From Nitrosopumilus sp. (GTDB lineage Archaea; Thermoproteota; Nitrososphaeria; Nitrososphaerales; Nitrosopumilaceae), in assembly GCA_965205425.1 (NCBI GenBank), contig CBDBGZ010000005.1, positions 168,670-232,669 on the forward strand: a stretch of DNA of 64,000 nt, written 5' to 3'. The notes beneath the pieces are model-generated. The model did not search any database. It was not told where the DNA came from and saw only the letters and a program-made list of their open reading frames with translations. This document shows positions 42,624-53,263 of the stretch, piece by piece; positions within the stretch are counted from its first letter, which is position 1; each line of letters opens with the position of its first letter. The position numbers were made by a program, and so were the translations under genes.

Positions 42624-42706
42624 GAAAGCAAGCAAGTTTGATATCTGTTATCATCGGCCCTTTGGGGGTTACAGTTAGATATCAAACAAGCAATCATCTT
42701 GCTTTC
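42624..42706. ncRNA. Candidate long-hairpin ncRNA
   Basis: Nested perfect stems of 9 bp and 11 bp plus an apical CCC/GGG stem. Confidence 0.4.
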
Positions 42707-43054
42707 AATATTTGTATTGATTAGTATTTTCAAAAATTCTTAAAATAAAACATGTCTTGAAATGTGATCAAAAAGGGTTGAAAAAATGATCTATTTCTGA
42801 TTATTTTAAAATCTGAGCCTAGTGATGAACAAAATCACTCATCTAACAATTTTGTTCATTATGGACACACATTTTCTTTTAGACTAATCTGTTAACTCAT
42901 AATAGAGTCATTTGTTTGACGGCGTCATACATTTGCCTTATCTGACCATGCCTTAGAATTCGTTTGCCGTCAAACACTCTTTCTTTAAAGAAACATTGTG
43001 GTTCTATGTCTTTAAAAGAAAAATAATTTTATTCTCATACATTTCAGTCCCTTT

Positions 43055-43591
43055 ATGGGTGAAAACATTGTTTTGCAATGGAATCCAGATTTTACTCTAA
43101 AATGGTCTGATTTTCAAGCCGAATCTAACCCTGCTGTATATGAAGACTCACACAGTGTCATAAAATATCGATTCACATGGACTGTAAATTCTGACAAAAT
43201 AGATGCTGAAATTGTTTTCTTGATTGAAAACATATGCATATTTGTAGAATTTCATCCGTTACTTTCTTGGGTTAGATTATCTGATGCAGATATGCAGTTA
43301 CTCCACCATGAACAAGGAACTTTTGATTTGGCTGAATCTGTAAAACGTGAAAATATCAAAAAATTGCAAGATATTTTTTACAACAAACATTTCTCTACAC
43401 GTGGTCAAAATGAAGAGCAACGAAAACAATTTGCAAAAGAAGATTCTGGAAAAATGATAAATTTGGAAGTTGAAAAATTACAACAATTGTTTGATGAAAA
43501 ATGTCTAAAATACAAAGATGATACAAATCATGGTCAAAATTCACAGGCACAATCAAACTATGATCTAATTTTTAAACAATTAAAAATATAA
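43055..43591 (+). CDS. DUF922-like putative Zn protease
   Basis: LKWSDFQ, SWV, LLHHEQGTFDL, DTNHG. Confidence 0.7.
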   Translation: MGENIVLQWNPDFTLKWSDFQAESNPAVYEDSHSVIKYRFTWTVNSDKIDAEIVFLIENICIFVEFHPLLSWVRLSDADMQLLHHEQGTFDLAESVKRENIKKLQDIFYNKHFSTRGQNEEQRKQFAKEDSGKMINLEVEKLQQLFDEKCLKYKDDTNHGQNSQAQSNYDLIFKQLKI

Positions 43592-43645
43592 TTTGTCTTG
43601 CAGTGTAATCCCATTTGTTATATCCTAATTCTAAAATATTATTTT

Positions 43646-43789
43646 ATGGAAACTGCAAAGTTGTCGAAATTTAAATGGCATGAATTATCTGAACATAACT
43701 CTGGCCATACTCCTAGTGAATGGGGGTTGCAAAAGAAAAAATCAAATCCTAAAACTTTTGTATCTTACACTGTATCGTGGGATGATTAG
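43646..43789 (+). CDS. Small hypothetical protein
   Basis: METAKLSKFKWHELSEH...VSWDD. Confidence 0.5.
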   Translation: METAKLSKFKWHELSEHNSGHTPSEWGLQKKKSNPKTFVSYTVSWDD

Positions 43790-44052
43790 GATCTATTTTC
43801 TATAATTTTATTTTCAGGAACTGAATTAATATAATTCACAAGACTTCTATAATATTTTAAATGGAAATCTAAATCTCTGATTTCTGTTTGTTTCAATTCT
43901 TCAAGTTCTGGACCAAAATCTGTTTTATTTGTTTGAATGTGATTTAATGTAGTTTCATTTACTTCAATCATGTGAAATAAACTGTGAAGCACTTCCCCTT
44001 TTGTTAGAGTTCTATTGCATGATTTTTCTAATATTTTTTCAACCCAATCCAT
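43786..44052 (-). CDS. Hypothetical protein
   Basis: 88-aa ORF. Confidence 0.65.
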   Translation of the reverse strand: MDWVEKILEKSCNRTLTKGEVLHSLFHMIEVNETTLNHIQTNKTDFGPELEELKQTEIRDLDFHLKYYRSLVNYINSVPENKIIENRS

Positions 44053-44139
44053 ATTATTTCTTAAAATTATTCTTATATCCCCTCCAGAATTTGAATAATT
44101 CTGACTTTAGCTCTATTTTTTTAGTCTAGTTTAAAATAA

Positions 44140-44271
44140 TTATTTTTTTCCAGCTTTCTTTTTCCTATTCATGATTTCTTTGTTACGCTCATTATCTGAA
44201 TGAACTTCTACATGATCATACAAATCTTCTTTTGAATCAAATAGTTGCTCACAATAGTAGCACTGATGCAT
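44140..44271 (-). CDS. C2H2 zinc-finger microprotein (43 aa)
   Basis: CYYC-x3-F-x5-L-x2-HVEVH; hand-translated. Confidence 0.65.
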   Translation of the reverse strand: MHQCYYCEQLFDSKEDLYDHVEVHSDNERNKEIMNRKKKAGKK

Positions 44272-44382
44272 TGCTAAATTACAGTCATCTTAGATAAATT
44301 GCTTTTCTTAAAAAACCAGTAGTTTGTTCCTAACTTGATATAATAAAAATTGAAAATAATGTGGATGATAATCTGGACTAGA

Positions 44383-44625
44383 TTATCTTCCATTTTGTTC
44401 TCTAACTTTTTGTGCTAAGTCGCCAAAAGGATCCTCGTGCCATTTTTCCCTATTCAAATCCGCTCCCAAAGCTCCTGTTTTTGGTAAAAGTCCTTCTTCT
44501 GCTGCGTGTGATAAAACAGCATCTTCTGGAATGTAATTTTTTTGGTTTTCAGTACCATATGCAATTACTGCACCCATTGCAATAACGCCTACGGCAATTC
44601 CAATGTAAATCATCGCGTTTGACAT
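44383..44625 (-). CDS. Small membrane-anchored protein
   Basis: N-terminal TM, 80 aa. Confidence 0.65.
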   Translation of the reverse strand: MSNAMIYIGIAVGVIAMGAVIAYGTENQKNYIPEDAVLSHAAEEGLLPKTGALGADLNREKWHEDPFGDLAQKVREQNGR

Positions 44626-44688
44626 GAAATAATATATTGTTTTTTTCTATTAATCATGTAAGACTTCAGTGCAATGCAGTGAAATTAT

Positions 44689-45006
44689 CTAATGTGTTTC
44701 TATCTTAATTTCTCCATTACAAATAGGAATATTCCCAGTTTGATTTTTAAAATCTTCAATTAATTGCAGTTTCATCTCTTTTGGATTATCTGAAAATACT
44801 CTCTGATAGAATGATGTTTTTTGTTTACATTCATCGCCTTCAAATTCTGTATCTACATATTTTGCGAATTTTGCTTCCAGGCTATCTGTTTCTCCAATGA
44901 ATATTGCATCTCGATTTCTATTATACAAGACATATACTCCTGGGTTTGGTTTCACATATTGGGAGCTATCTGTCCATACTCTCATTTTATCATCTAATAA
45001 TTCCAT
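44689..45006 (-). CDS. GIY-YIG-like small protein
   Basis: PGVYVLY...IFIGE...L...P.CN. Confidence 0.6.
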   Translation of the reverse strand: MELLDDKMRVWTDSSQYVKPNPGVYVLYNRNRDAIFIGETDSLEAKFAKYVDTEFEGDECKQKTSFYQRVFSDNPKEMKLQLIEDFKNQTGNIPICNGEIKIETH

Positions 45007-45105
45007 GATCTAACATAGTAATACTAGATATTAAACTAGATTACAAAAATTATGATACTCCAATAACCCTTATGCTTTTAATACTAAGTAAAAAAAGATG
45101 TAATC

Positions 45106-46785
45106 CTGTCTTTACTAGAAAAATTCCCGGATCATTTTACTCCTAGAGGAATTCAAAAAGAGATCATTTCTCAAATAGAAGAGAAATTTAAATCTGGATT
45201 CAAGAAAATTATTTTATGTGCACCTACGGGTGTTGGGAAATCTCTTGTAGGTGCCACTATCTCAAATTACTTTGATAGCTCATTCACAGTAACTGCATCA
45301 AAACATCTTCAAGATCAATATATCAAAGATATCCCCTTTCTGAAACCTGTCAAAGGTAAGCAAAATTTTTCCTGTCTGAAACTTATGGAATCTGAAAAAG
45401 TTGATAATGATAGAAGGGCTATGAGATGGGGTTTAACTTGTGATAAAGGTGAATGTCAAGAAAGAGTCTCAAAAAATGGTAAAGAAGTCTTTGACGTCTG
45501 TAAATTCAAGCCTACACTAAAACAAGTAGAAGATAACACTACTGATGCCAAATCATGTCATTACTATATGCAAAAATATGATGCCCTAGTTTCCAATCAC
45601 TCTCTTTGGAATTACCATGCATTTTTTACTATTATGAAATTCAACAAAAAACTCTTTGAGGACTATCTTGATAGAAAAGTAACTGTTTTTGATGAAGCTC
45701 ATAAAATTGAAGATCAAATTATTCAGTTTGTTGGTTTTGATATTTTTGCAGGTCAAGTTGATGAATGTAATCTAAATTCAGAAAAATATGATTTTACCGA
45801 TTTGGATTCTATGATTCAGTTAACTGATGATATGGCATTTTCATATGCCAAAAAAATTAAAGATATCAAAGAAAGTGCATCTTTTCAAAATGATCCTGAT
45901 TATGAATTACTTACAGGATTAGAAAGAAGACATGATAGATCTGCACAGGCTAAAATTGATATTATGACTGACAAGGATAATTTTATTGTAAATGATCCTG
46001 TTAAAGATTTGAATGGAAATTTTAGAACAATTTCTGTTAAACCTATTGATGTTTCAAAGTTTGCAAATTCTTTTTTTGAAACAGAATATCAATTATTCAT
46101 GTCTGCTACAATTGACAAAAATAGTTTTTGTGAAAATATGGGATTGGTAAAAGATGATGTTGCATTTGTTGATACACCAAAATCTCCTTTTCCAATTGAA
46201 CATAGAAGTATAGATCTTCTAAACATTAAGAGACTTAGCTATGGCTCTACTGAAGAAGATGAACTTGAAGTCATTAAAACAATTGATAGAATAATGGATG
46301 AACATTCAAACGAGCGTGGGTTAATACTTACCTCATCGATTCCTAGATGTCAAAAGATTATCCGCTATCTTTCTCCAAAAAATACTCAAAGAATTAGACT
46401 ATGTCATAGTAAAAACAAGGATGACAAAACTCAGGATGAGGTCATTTCTGAACATGCAACTGATCCTACCGGAGTTCTATTGTCTTCTTCTTTGTGGGAA
46501 GGTGTTGATTTGAAAGATGATTTATCTAGGTTTCAAATTATTGCTAAAGTCCCATACCCTAATTATACTGAAAAGAGAACAAGAGCAAAAATGAATAAAT
46601 TCCCTTTATGGTATACTTCACAAACGTTAACAAAAATTCTACAAGGATTTGGTCGTTCGATTCGAGGTGATGATGATTGGGCAAAAACATATGTTTTGGA
46701 TACAGCCGTAAACAATGTCTTCTTTAAAGGTCAACCAATGATTCCAAAAGCATACTATGATGTTTTAGGTATGGATAGTATTTGA
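45106..46785 (+). CDS. DinG/Rad3-like SF2 helicase (probable CTG start)
   Basis: Frame is open from 45088 and contains Walker A APTGVGKS upstream of the called ATG; DEAH, SAT, WEGVD, QGFGRSIR. Confidence 0.88.
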   Translation: MSLLEKFPDHFTPRGIQKEIISQIEEKFKSGFKKIILCAPTGVGKSLVGATISNYFDSSFTVTASKHLQDQYIKDIPFLKPVKGKQNFSCLKLMESEKVDNDRRAMRWGLTCDKGECQERVSKNGKEVFDVCKFKPTLKQVEDNTTDAKSCHYYMQKYDALVSNHSLWNYHAFFTIMKFNKKLFEDYLDRKVTVFDEAHKIEDQIIQFVGFDIFAGQVDECNLNSEKYDFTDLDSMIQLTDDMAFSYAKKIKDIKESASFQNDPDYELLTGLERRHDRSAQAKIDIMTDKDNFIVNDPVKDLNGNFRTISVKPIDVSKFANSFFETEYQLFMSATIDKNSFCENMGLVKDDVAFVDTPKSPFPIEHRSIDLLNIKRLSYGSTEEDELEVIKTIDRIMDEHSNERGLILTSSIPRCQKIIRYLSPKNTQRIRLCHSKNKDDKTQDEVISEHATDPTGVLLSSSLWEGVDLKDDLSRFQIIAKVPYPNYTEKRTRAKMNKFPLWYTSQTLTKILQGFGRSIRGDDDWAKTYVLDTAVNNVFFKGQPMIPKAYYDVLGMDSI

Positions 46786-46793
46786 TTAAAAAA

Positions 46794-46994
46794 TTAAAAT
46801 TTTCTTTCTGAACAATTGCATTTTACATAAACCATTTTGAATTCTCCATCTGATTTTACGTTATGTGACATTGGTTTTCTGCATTGTTGGCATTCATTAA
46901 ATCCAAAATATTCTTCAACTTTAATGATTTTGTAATCCCATGATTTTCTCTCTTCGTTCCAAAATACCGAATTTATTTCAGATGGTCCATCCAT
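46794..46994 (-). CDS. Small Zn-ribbon-like hypothetical protein
   Basis: CQQC...CNC. Confidence 0.6.
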   Translation of the reverse strand: MDGPSEINSVFWNEERKSWDYKIIKVEEYFGFNECQQCRKPMSHNVKSDGEFKMVYVKCNCSERKF

Positions 46995-47028
46995 ATATTC
47001 AATAAATTTAGATTCATTAATTAATTTT

Positions 47029-47241
47029 CTATTTATTCAGATTTTTAAAATCTAAACATTTTTGATTAAATTCGTTAAGATATTGTTTTGCGTTAATTTG
47101 GGAATCTATAATGTATAATTCACATGTTTCAGAGTCTATCATCTGATTTGAATTGTTACTGTTGGCCATTACTTGGATTGCAAGAATGGTGACTAGTGCT
47201 ATGATGACAATTATTGCAAATTTCCTAGAGTAAATATCCAT
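47029..47241 (-). CDS. Small membrane-anchored protein
   Basis: N-terminal TM and two Cys. Confidence 0.6.
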   Translation of the reverse strand: MDIYSRKFAIIVIIALVTILAIQVMANSNNSNQMIDSETCELYIIDSQINAKQYLNEFNQKCLDFKNLNK

Positions 47242-47286
47242 TAATTTTCCTTGATAATTTCTAACTTAAGTTTAATCCTTGGAATT

Positions 47287-47502
47287 TTATTTTCTATTTG
47301 TTAAAATATCTATGATTTCAGTATTGGTTTTAATCCAAATTTTTAGATATGGTAAAAACAAATCTTCCAATTCATCCATTGGTAAATCCTTGTATCTTGG
47401 GTCTGCACGAAGATCATCGAATTGTTCATGTAATTGTTCCAAATTCTCTTGTTGTTGTTTATTATCACTCTGTAATTTTTCAACTGCTTCCAAAATACCC
47501 AT
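47287..47502 (-). CDS. Hypothetical protein
   Basis: 71-aa ORF beside the IS630 end. Confidence 0.5.
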   Translation of the reverse strand: MGILEAVEKLQSDNKQQQENLEQLHEQFDDLRADPRYKDLPMDELEDLFLPYLKIWIKTNTEIIDILTNRK

Positions 47503-47519
47503 ATTTTTTTAATGATATA

Positions 47520-48594
47520 TAGCGACGATCAAAAGTTCGCAAACATCTTTGCAGGATTTCTAAAGATATAATTTGCAACATCAAGCTTGAACTTTGTCAC
47601 TCTGAAATATTTTGACACTGCCTTGTTCATTATTGTAAACATTGCATAATACTCTGAAACCAACAATGCATATTTGCTTATCTTCCAGCACTGCTCTATC
47701 ATGTTCTTCAAATATGGTGATCCCTTTGGCAACCAGATTAGTTTGACATCTCTATTGTTTGCAAGGTATTCCTTTACCTTCTTTGATTTGTGAACTGATG
47801 CTCTATCTAAAATGATTGCAATCTTGCCGTATTTCTGATGCAATTCCTTTAGGTACTCTACAAATGTCACAGCGTTGAATTTGTCATAAACTCTGAATAG
47901 TTGATTGCCATTTTCTGTAATTGTACCATACACTGCCAGACTCTCATGTCGTCCTGTATATGGAAGAAATATTCTCTTGGCAACTGGTGACCAGTACTTT
48001 TTTCCTGTTTTTGTATCCCTTACAAAGAATGCTTCATCTGCCATTGCAATGGTAAAACCATCTTCTTTTAGGCGTGAAATTCTCTTTTTGGTGCGTTGCT
48101 GCCAGCTTCTCACAGCAGATATACTTGCATGGTTGATGTGATATTTTTGTGCAGTTTTTGCAGACATGCCGTATTGGTGCATTATCTTTCTGATGTGGGT
48201 TATGTGAAATTTTACTCCAGTGGAATAAAAGATACTTTGTTGCAACATTATGGGGGTAAACAAAGTTAGCATTGCTTTTGACATGATAGCATCCATTCGA
48301 GTCTGGGAGATTGTTCTTGGCCTGCCACTTCTTGGGAGATCGTAGAGGCCATCTATCTCAAAACGACTCGTCCATTTTCTCACCCAGCTTGTGCAGTGTC
48401 TTTGCAGTGTGTTCTAATTCCTTACCATCTTTTAGAATCATCAACACTGCAAGCATCATTACTGCAACCTTGGAGTTTTTTTTGTATGCTGCTTTCAAGG
48501 GATTCTAACTTGTTCATCAAATTTTACCATACATAGTGATCAAAAAGTTTTTTGTTTTGGAATTATTTAGTTCACGAACTTTATCTTTTCGCTA
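47520..48594 (-). mobile_element. IS630-family IS type A, degraded 5' transposase region
   Basis: TA-flanked, IR TAGCGA...; DLPRSGRP, ADEA, LDRASVH, SPYL..IE; frameshifts upstream of 48383. Confidence 0.85.
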
Positions 48595-48696
48595 TACTAC
48601 TCTAAATTCCTCCTTTTTTGATAAAAGCCATGTTTTGAATTATCATAATGTCATTTTTATCGATTTTGCTTATTTTATGCGTATAATGTTGCTGAA

Positions 48697-48939
48697 TCAT
48701 ATTATTTTTTCAATCTCCTCGATTTTGTCATGGTTTAACGAATATTGAAATCCATATCCTGTAGGATGCCTCAAAACCAAATTCATTTTCACTAATTTCT
48801 TCATTGATTTTTCTACATCTCCTTTGACATGAGATGGAAATCCTCTTTTCAAATCATCTAATCCAGGATGTTTTCCACCACAAACATTATGCAGTAACAT
48901 TTTCTTGAGAATCTTTTTTGATACTGAATCTAATGTCAT
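48697..48939 (-). CDS. Small winged-helix-like protein
   Basis: GGKH...KRGFPSH...KKLVK..LV..HPTGYG..YSLN. Confidence 0.6.
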   Translation of the reverse strand: MTLDSVSKKILKKMLLHNVCGGKHPGLDDLKRGFPSHVKGDVEKSMKKLVKMNLVLRHPTGYGFQYSLNHDKIEEIEKII

Positions 48940-49041
48940 TATGTAATTAAATACATAACAACTATATTAGTATTATGAAACTAATTACATAATATTAAGG
49001 AACTAAGTAAATAATAAATAGATGGAAATGTTACCAGTGAC

Positions 49042-49395
49042 ATGATGTCTGAAACAGTATCTAAAACAATCGCTGAGTCTGATGGGAAAGTTCTGGAACT
49101 TGGACCATTAGAAGATACATTTCCATGTTCCAGATCAAAGATTCTGGACTTTCTAATTGTGTTTGATGATTATGACTATTCGATTTCAGATATTGCGAGA
49201 CATTCTGGAATATCATTCAAAACTGCTCTGAATGAAGTACGAACACTTGAATCAGAATCTCTCATAACAAGAACCAGGAGATCAGGTAAGGCAATAATGT
49301 ACAAACTTAATTTGGATTCAAAACAGGTCCAACTAACCAGTCAACTTGCAAAAGAGATTGCAGTTAGACGGATAAAAGAATCAAAGAAAAAATAA
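49042..49395 (+). CDS. Winged-HTH transcriptional regulator
   Basis: YSISDIARHSGISFKT...LITRTRRSGKAIMYKLN. Confidence 0.8.
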   Translation: MMSETVSKTIAESDGKVLELGPLEDTFPCSRSKILDFLIVFDDYDYSISDIARHSGISFKTALNEVRTLESESLITRTRRSGKAIMYKLNLDSKQVQLTSQLAKEIAVRRIKESKKK

Positions 49396-49546
49396 TCTAA
49401 GGTTTATTTTTAATTAATGCTTTGATTTGAAAAATACTAATCAGGAATTTGTACTATATGAAAATTATGTCGCTTATCCATTTGTATCCTCTTTGGCCCA
49501 ATTGGGGTTATCATCTCTGATCGTTTTTGTGGCAATTCTGTATGTA

Positions 49547-50692
49547 TAGTTTAGGCATATAAATTTTGAATAAACTGTCAAGTATTTTAACCCAAAAGAT
49601 CTAGATCGTAGAATCAATTCATGAAACCATGTCAAAGAGTACAAGACAATCCAAGGTTTCCTCTGGGAATCAATTCATGAAAGGTACAAGCATTAATTTT
49701 TTAAGAAAAACATGCAAGAATGAAAAAAATGCAAAAGCAAAGATAAGACTAAAGGCTGCAATACTAAGAAAACAAAATATTCCGTATTCTGTGATATGTG
49801 CAAGTCTGGATGTCATACCATCAACTCTGTCCTACTGGCTAAATCGAATGGATGAAGAGGGAATATCTGCATCACGCCGCAAGAAATATTCTGGTTCTAG
49901 ATGTTTTCTAAATGAAAAACAACTAGTATCATTAAGAAATGATCTGATTTCAGGTCCAGAAAAGTTTGGATTTAACCAATTCATGTGGAGTACAAGAATG
50001 GTAATTACACATGTGAATAAAAAATACAACACCCTATACTCTGCAAGAGGAATGCGTGAATTGCTGCACAGAATTGGATTCTCATCAAAAAAACCACGTC
50101 CCACACATCACAAATCAGCCTCAAAAGAGGAACAAACCCGTTTTAAAAAAACGCAAAAAGGAGTATCAAAAAATATTCCAAATTGGGATACACCACACTA
50201 TGTCTGGATGAGTCAACAAACAAGATAGCACCTAACATAAAGCGCGGATGGTATCTTGCAGGCAATAACATTACCACACCAATTAATTACACTCGAGAAA
50301 AATTTCAATCATTTGGTGCATTGGGGGATGACGGCGTATTTTTTTGTAGGTTCTATGATAAATCAAACACAGACTCATTTCTTGATTTCTTAAAATCCTT
50401 GCAGAAACAATTTGGCAAGAAACTGTTATTATTTGCAGACAATGCATCATACCACAAAAGTGTCAGAGTAAAAGAATTTCTCAAGGTATCAAAAAGAAAT
50501 GTAATCATAAGATATTTTCCTGCATACACCCCAGAACTCAATCCAATTGAGGTACAGTGGAGAGAAGAGAAAAATGGTAATGCCAATACATTCTTTGCAA
50601 ATGGAACTGAGATGAGAAAACACATGCAGAAGAGACTAGATAATGGAGACGTTCGAGTTGTGAAATTATTCAAATATTTAATGCCTTAACTA
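49547..50692 (+). mobile_element. IS630-family IS type B, copy 1 (1146 bp)
   Basis: TA duplication, ~27-bp IR; ORFs 49629-50228 and 50183-50689 in -1 relation across TTTAAAAAAA; LDES, DNASYH, PELNPIE. Confidence 0.92.
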
Positions 50693-50742
50693 TATCAAGC
50701 ACTTTAGATGTATTTTGCCATCTCAGAAAACATATTCAACTC

Positions 50743-52062
50743 CAGTAGATGGGAAAGTAACTCAATTTAGATCAAAAACTATCAATTATTCAATCAATCT
50801 ATTCAGATAGAAAAAGCTTGATGTAAGTATGTCACTCCATCAAATATGCATTGTACTTCATTTGATACCATGACACACCAAGGCGTGATACTATCTAAAG
50901 CATTTGATATTGTCGCTAAAATAATGTACAATATCTTGTTGTTTCCATGCTCTAGTAAAAATAACTCACGGTTCCATAATGCTGATGCACACAATTCTGT
51001 CATGTCATTGTGTTTGGGAAATTCATATTCTGAATCTGGATTAAAGAGACTGGCAATGGAATCAGATAATGCTTCTCCAACGGGTTTCATGGTTGAGAAA
51101 AATCATATCAAAAATATCACAAAAAACAATGCAAATTCAATTACATCGTTCACTGGATAGTACCATATCAAAATTACAAGAATTGGGAGTATTGGAGCAA
51201 CCAGTTACTGTAGCAATTGACAAACATCTAATCCCAAGATATGACAAATTGCCAAACCATTCTTTAATAAAATCAAAATCAAAAAACAGTACTACTCATT
51301 TTGAGAGTTACTGCACCATGCAGTGCGTTGAAAAAAGAATCAGGGCTCAATTAGGTTGTTATCCTTTGTATGACAACAAATCAAATGCCGGTTTTGTGCG
51401 TAAATTACTCTCTGATGGCATCAATAATGGAATCAAGATTAAACTATTGCTAGTGGATAGGGAGTTTTTCACAGCTGGAACAATTTCAGAAATAAAACAA
51501 AAGAATTTAAAATTTCTAATGCCTGCAAAAAAGAATTCTCGAATCAAAGATGCAATTGTACAATACGTTAATGGAGATAGAAAGTCAATCTCGCCATACA
51601 CAATAAAATCATCATCAGGACATGTAGAATCATTTAATCTAGTTATTCTGCCAAACAAAAATGCAAGAAAAAAATCAGATATTATTGATCAGTATGTTGT
51701 GTTTGCAACAAACGTTTCACCAAAAGAAATATCATATAACATACAAAACATTCCAACTGATTACAAGAAACGTTGGGGGATTGAAACAGGCTATGCATGT
51801 GTGGGAAGGTTCAGACCAAAAACCACCAGTTCAAACCAATCCATAAGATTGTTGTATTTTTACTATTCCTTGATTTTGTACAATGCATGGATAATTGCTA
51901 ATTTGATTATCTCAGAAGAAACCAATGTACAAAATCACAAACCAATAATATCAATTGAAATTCTCAAATATTTCTTTGTAAAGATAATTATTCATTACCT
52001 TAGAAATAACAAAAATAATTATTTCCTAGAATGTGTAATTTGATGTACTTTCCCATCTACTG
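50743..52062 (+). mobile_element. ISH3-family IS, copy 3 (1320 bp)
   Basis: Same IRs as copy 1; ORFs 50846-51160 and 51069-52043; flanks AACTC/AAATC (imperfect TSD). Confidence 0.9.
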
Positions 52063-52088
52063 AAATCTAATATTGCATATATTAATTC

Positions 52089-52274
52089 ATGAAACAAGAT
52101 TCATGTAGACGTTGTGGAAACGAATTAGAAGTAAACAAAAAATGTGATGTTTGTAATGAGGTAAATCAATTTTATTGTCATGAATGTGGATTTGTTTCTG
52201 AAGAACAAATTCATTTTCAATGTCTGATGATTAGTATGGATCATGCATTATTATCAAATCAAGTTCAGAAATAA
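52089..52274 (+). CDS. Small multi-CxxC Zn-ribbon protein
   Basis: CRRC, CDVC, CHEC. Confidence 0.7.
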   Translation: MKQDSCRRCGNELEVNKKCDVCNEVNQFYCHECGFVSEEQIHFQCLMISMDHALLSNQVQK

Positions 52275-52303
52275 TTTACAGAATATTTTTAGAATCAATC
52301 TTT

Positions 52304-52654
52304 TTATTCATTCCATATTGATTGAGTTTTTAGCCATGCGATAAGATCTTGGTATAATTTGCTTTTTTGCATGTTTAGTACTCCGATTTCTAAATTTGTT
52401 GATGATTTTACTGTCTTTGTATAATTTTCATATGTTGCAAAAATTATTTTATCTAAAAACATCTCATTTTGCATCTCTTTTTTTGCTAATTCTTCAGATT
52501 CAGCCATAGCAAAACTGGCAAACAATACTCCATCAACCCAGTAAGCGTTCGCAGCCTCTAGAGATGACATCATACCAATAAGATCATCCAAACTAAGTTT
52601 TATCATGTCTCTGACATAGATTCTGTCATATGGTTTATGGATAAATTCTGTCAT
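52304..52654 (-). CDS. Hypothetical protein
   Basis: 116-aa ORF, YWVDGVLF. Confidence 0.7.
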   Translation of the reverse strand: MTEFIHKPYDRIYVRDMIKLSLDDLIGMMSSLEAANAYWVDGVLFASFAMAESEELAKKEMQNEMFLDKIIFATYENYTKTVKSSTNLEIGVLNMQKSKLYQDLIAWLKTQSIWNE

Positions 52655-52723
52655 GAGATGTCATTTTTGTTTGGCTTAAAGAATATTTGGAAATTTTATA
52701 ACTAGTTTCACTAAATTGATTTC

Positions 52724-52951
52724 ATGAACAACACTGATGAATCATCTAAACATGAGATGTTTGTAACTGAATTCCCAAAACAAGGGTTTGGAATAGTAGA
52801 TTATCTTCAAGGAAGAGTTCATTTTTCTCTAATGGATCAGATGAAACTAATGCATAAATCTGGAATGAGTCAAGAGGAAATAAAAAAAACAATAATTGCT
52901 AGTGTAACTGAGATTGTTGAAAATTTTGAACCTGAATCAAAAAGTCCTTGA
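52724..52951 (+). CDS. Hypothetical protein
   Basis: 75-aa ORF. Confidence 0.6.
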   Translation: MNNTDESSKHEMFVTEFPKQGFGIVDYLQGRVHFSLMDQMKLMHKSGMSQEEIKKTIIASVTEIVENFEPESKSP

Positions 52952-53051
52952 TTCCATTTTTGAAGATTCTGCCATGATTATTTTATGACATTGGCAATAA
53001 CAATTAGTATGTGGCATGTCGTTATCCATTCTATACTTGCATTCTTTGGTA

Positions 53052-53183
53052 TAGCGAAAAGACAAAGTTCGTGAACTAAATAATTTCAAAAAACTAGGAA
53101 TCAGTTGATCTTGCCTATAGGTAAATACGAATAAACAAATTGAAACACCTAAAAAATAACTCACGAACTTATGCTTCTCGCTA
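53052..53183. mobile_element. MITE copy 3 (132 bp, diverged variant)
   Basis: TA-flanked, same ends and internal GGTAAATACGAATAAACAA as copies 1 and 2. Confidence 0.88.
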
Positions 53184-53263
53184 TATGTTCTATCATTGCC
53201 ATTTAGATGATAATCCATTTGTTGTTTCAAATTTATAATCTTCTTAAAATATTGATTTTTGTT

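Noticed and set aside
42822..42870. C/D box sRNA (GTGATGA)
   Set aside because: No properly placed CTGA D box downstream
47287..49395. Toxin-antitoxin module around the two small wHTH genes
   Set aside because: Genes are divergent and no toxin motif could be recognised
50138..50153. IS630-B -1 frameshift at TTTAAAAAAA as a novelty
   Set aside because: Well known for IS630 elements
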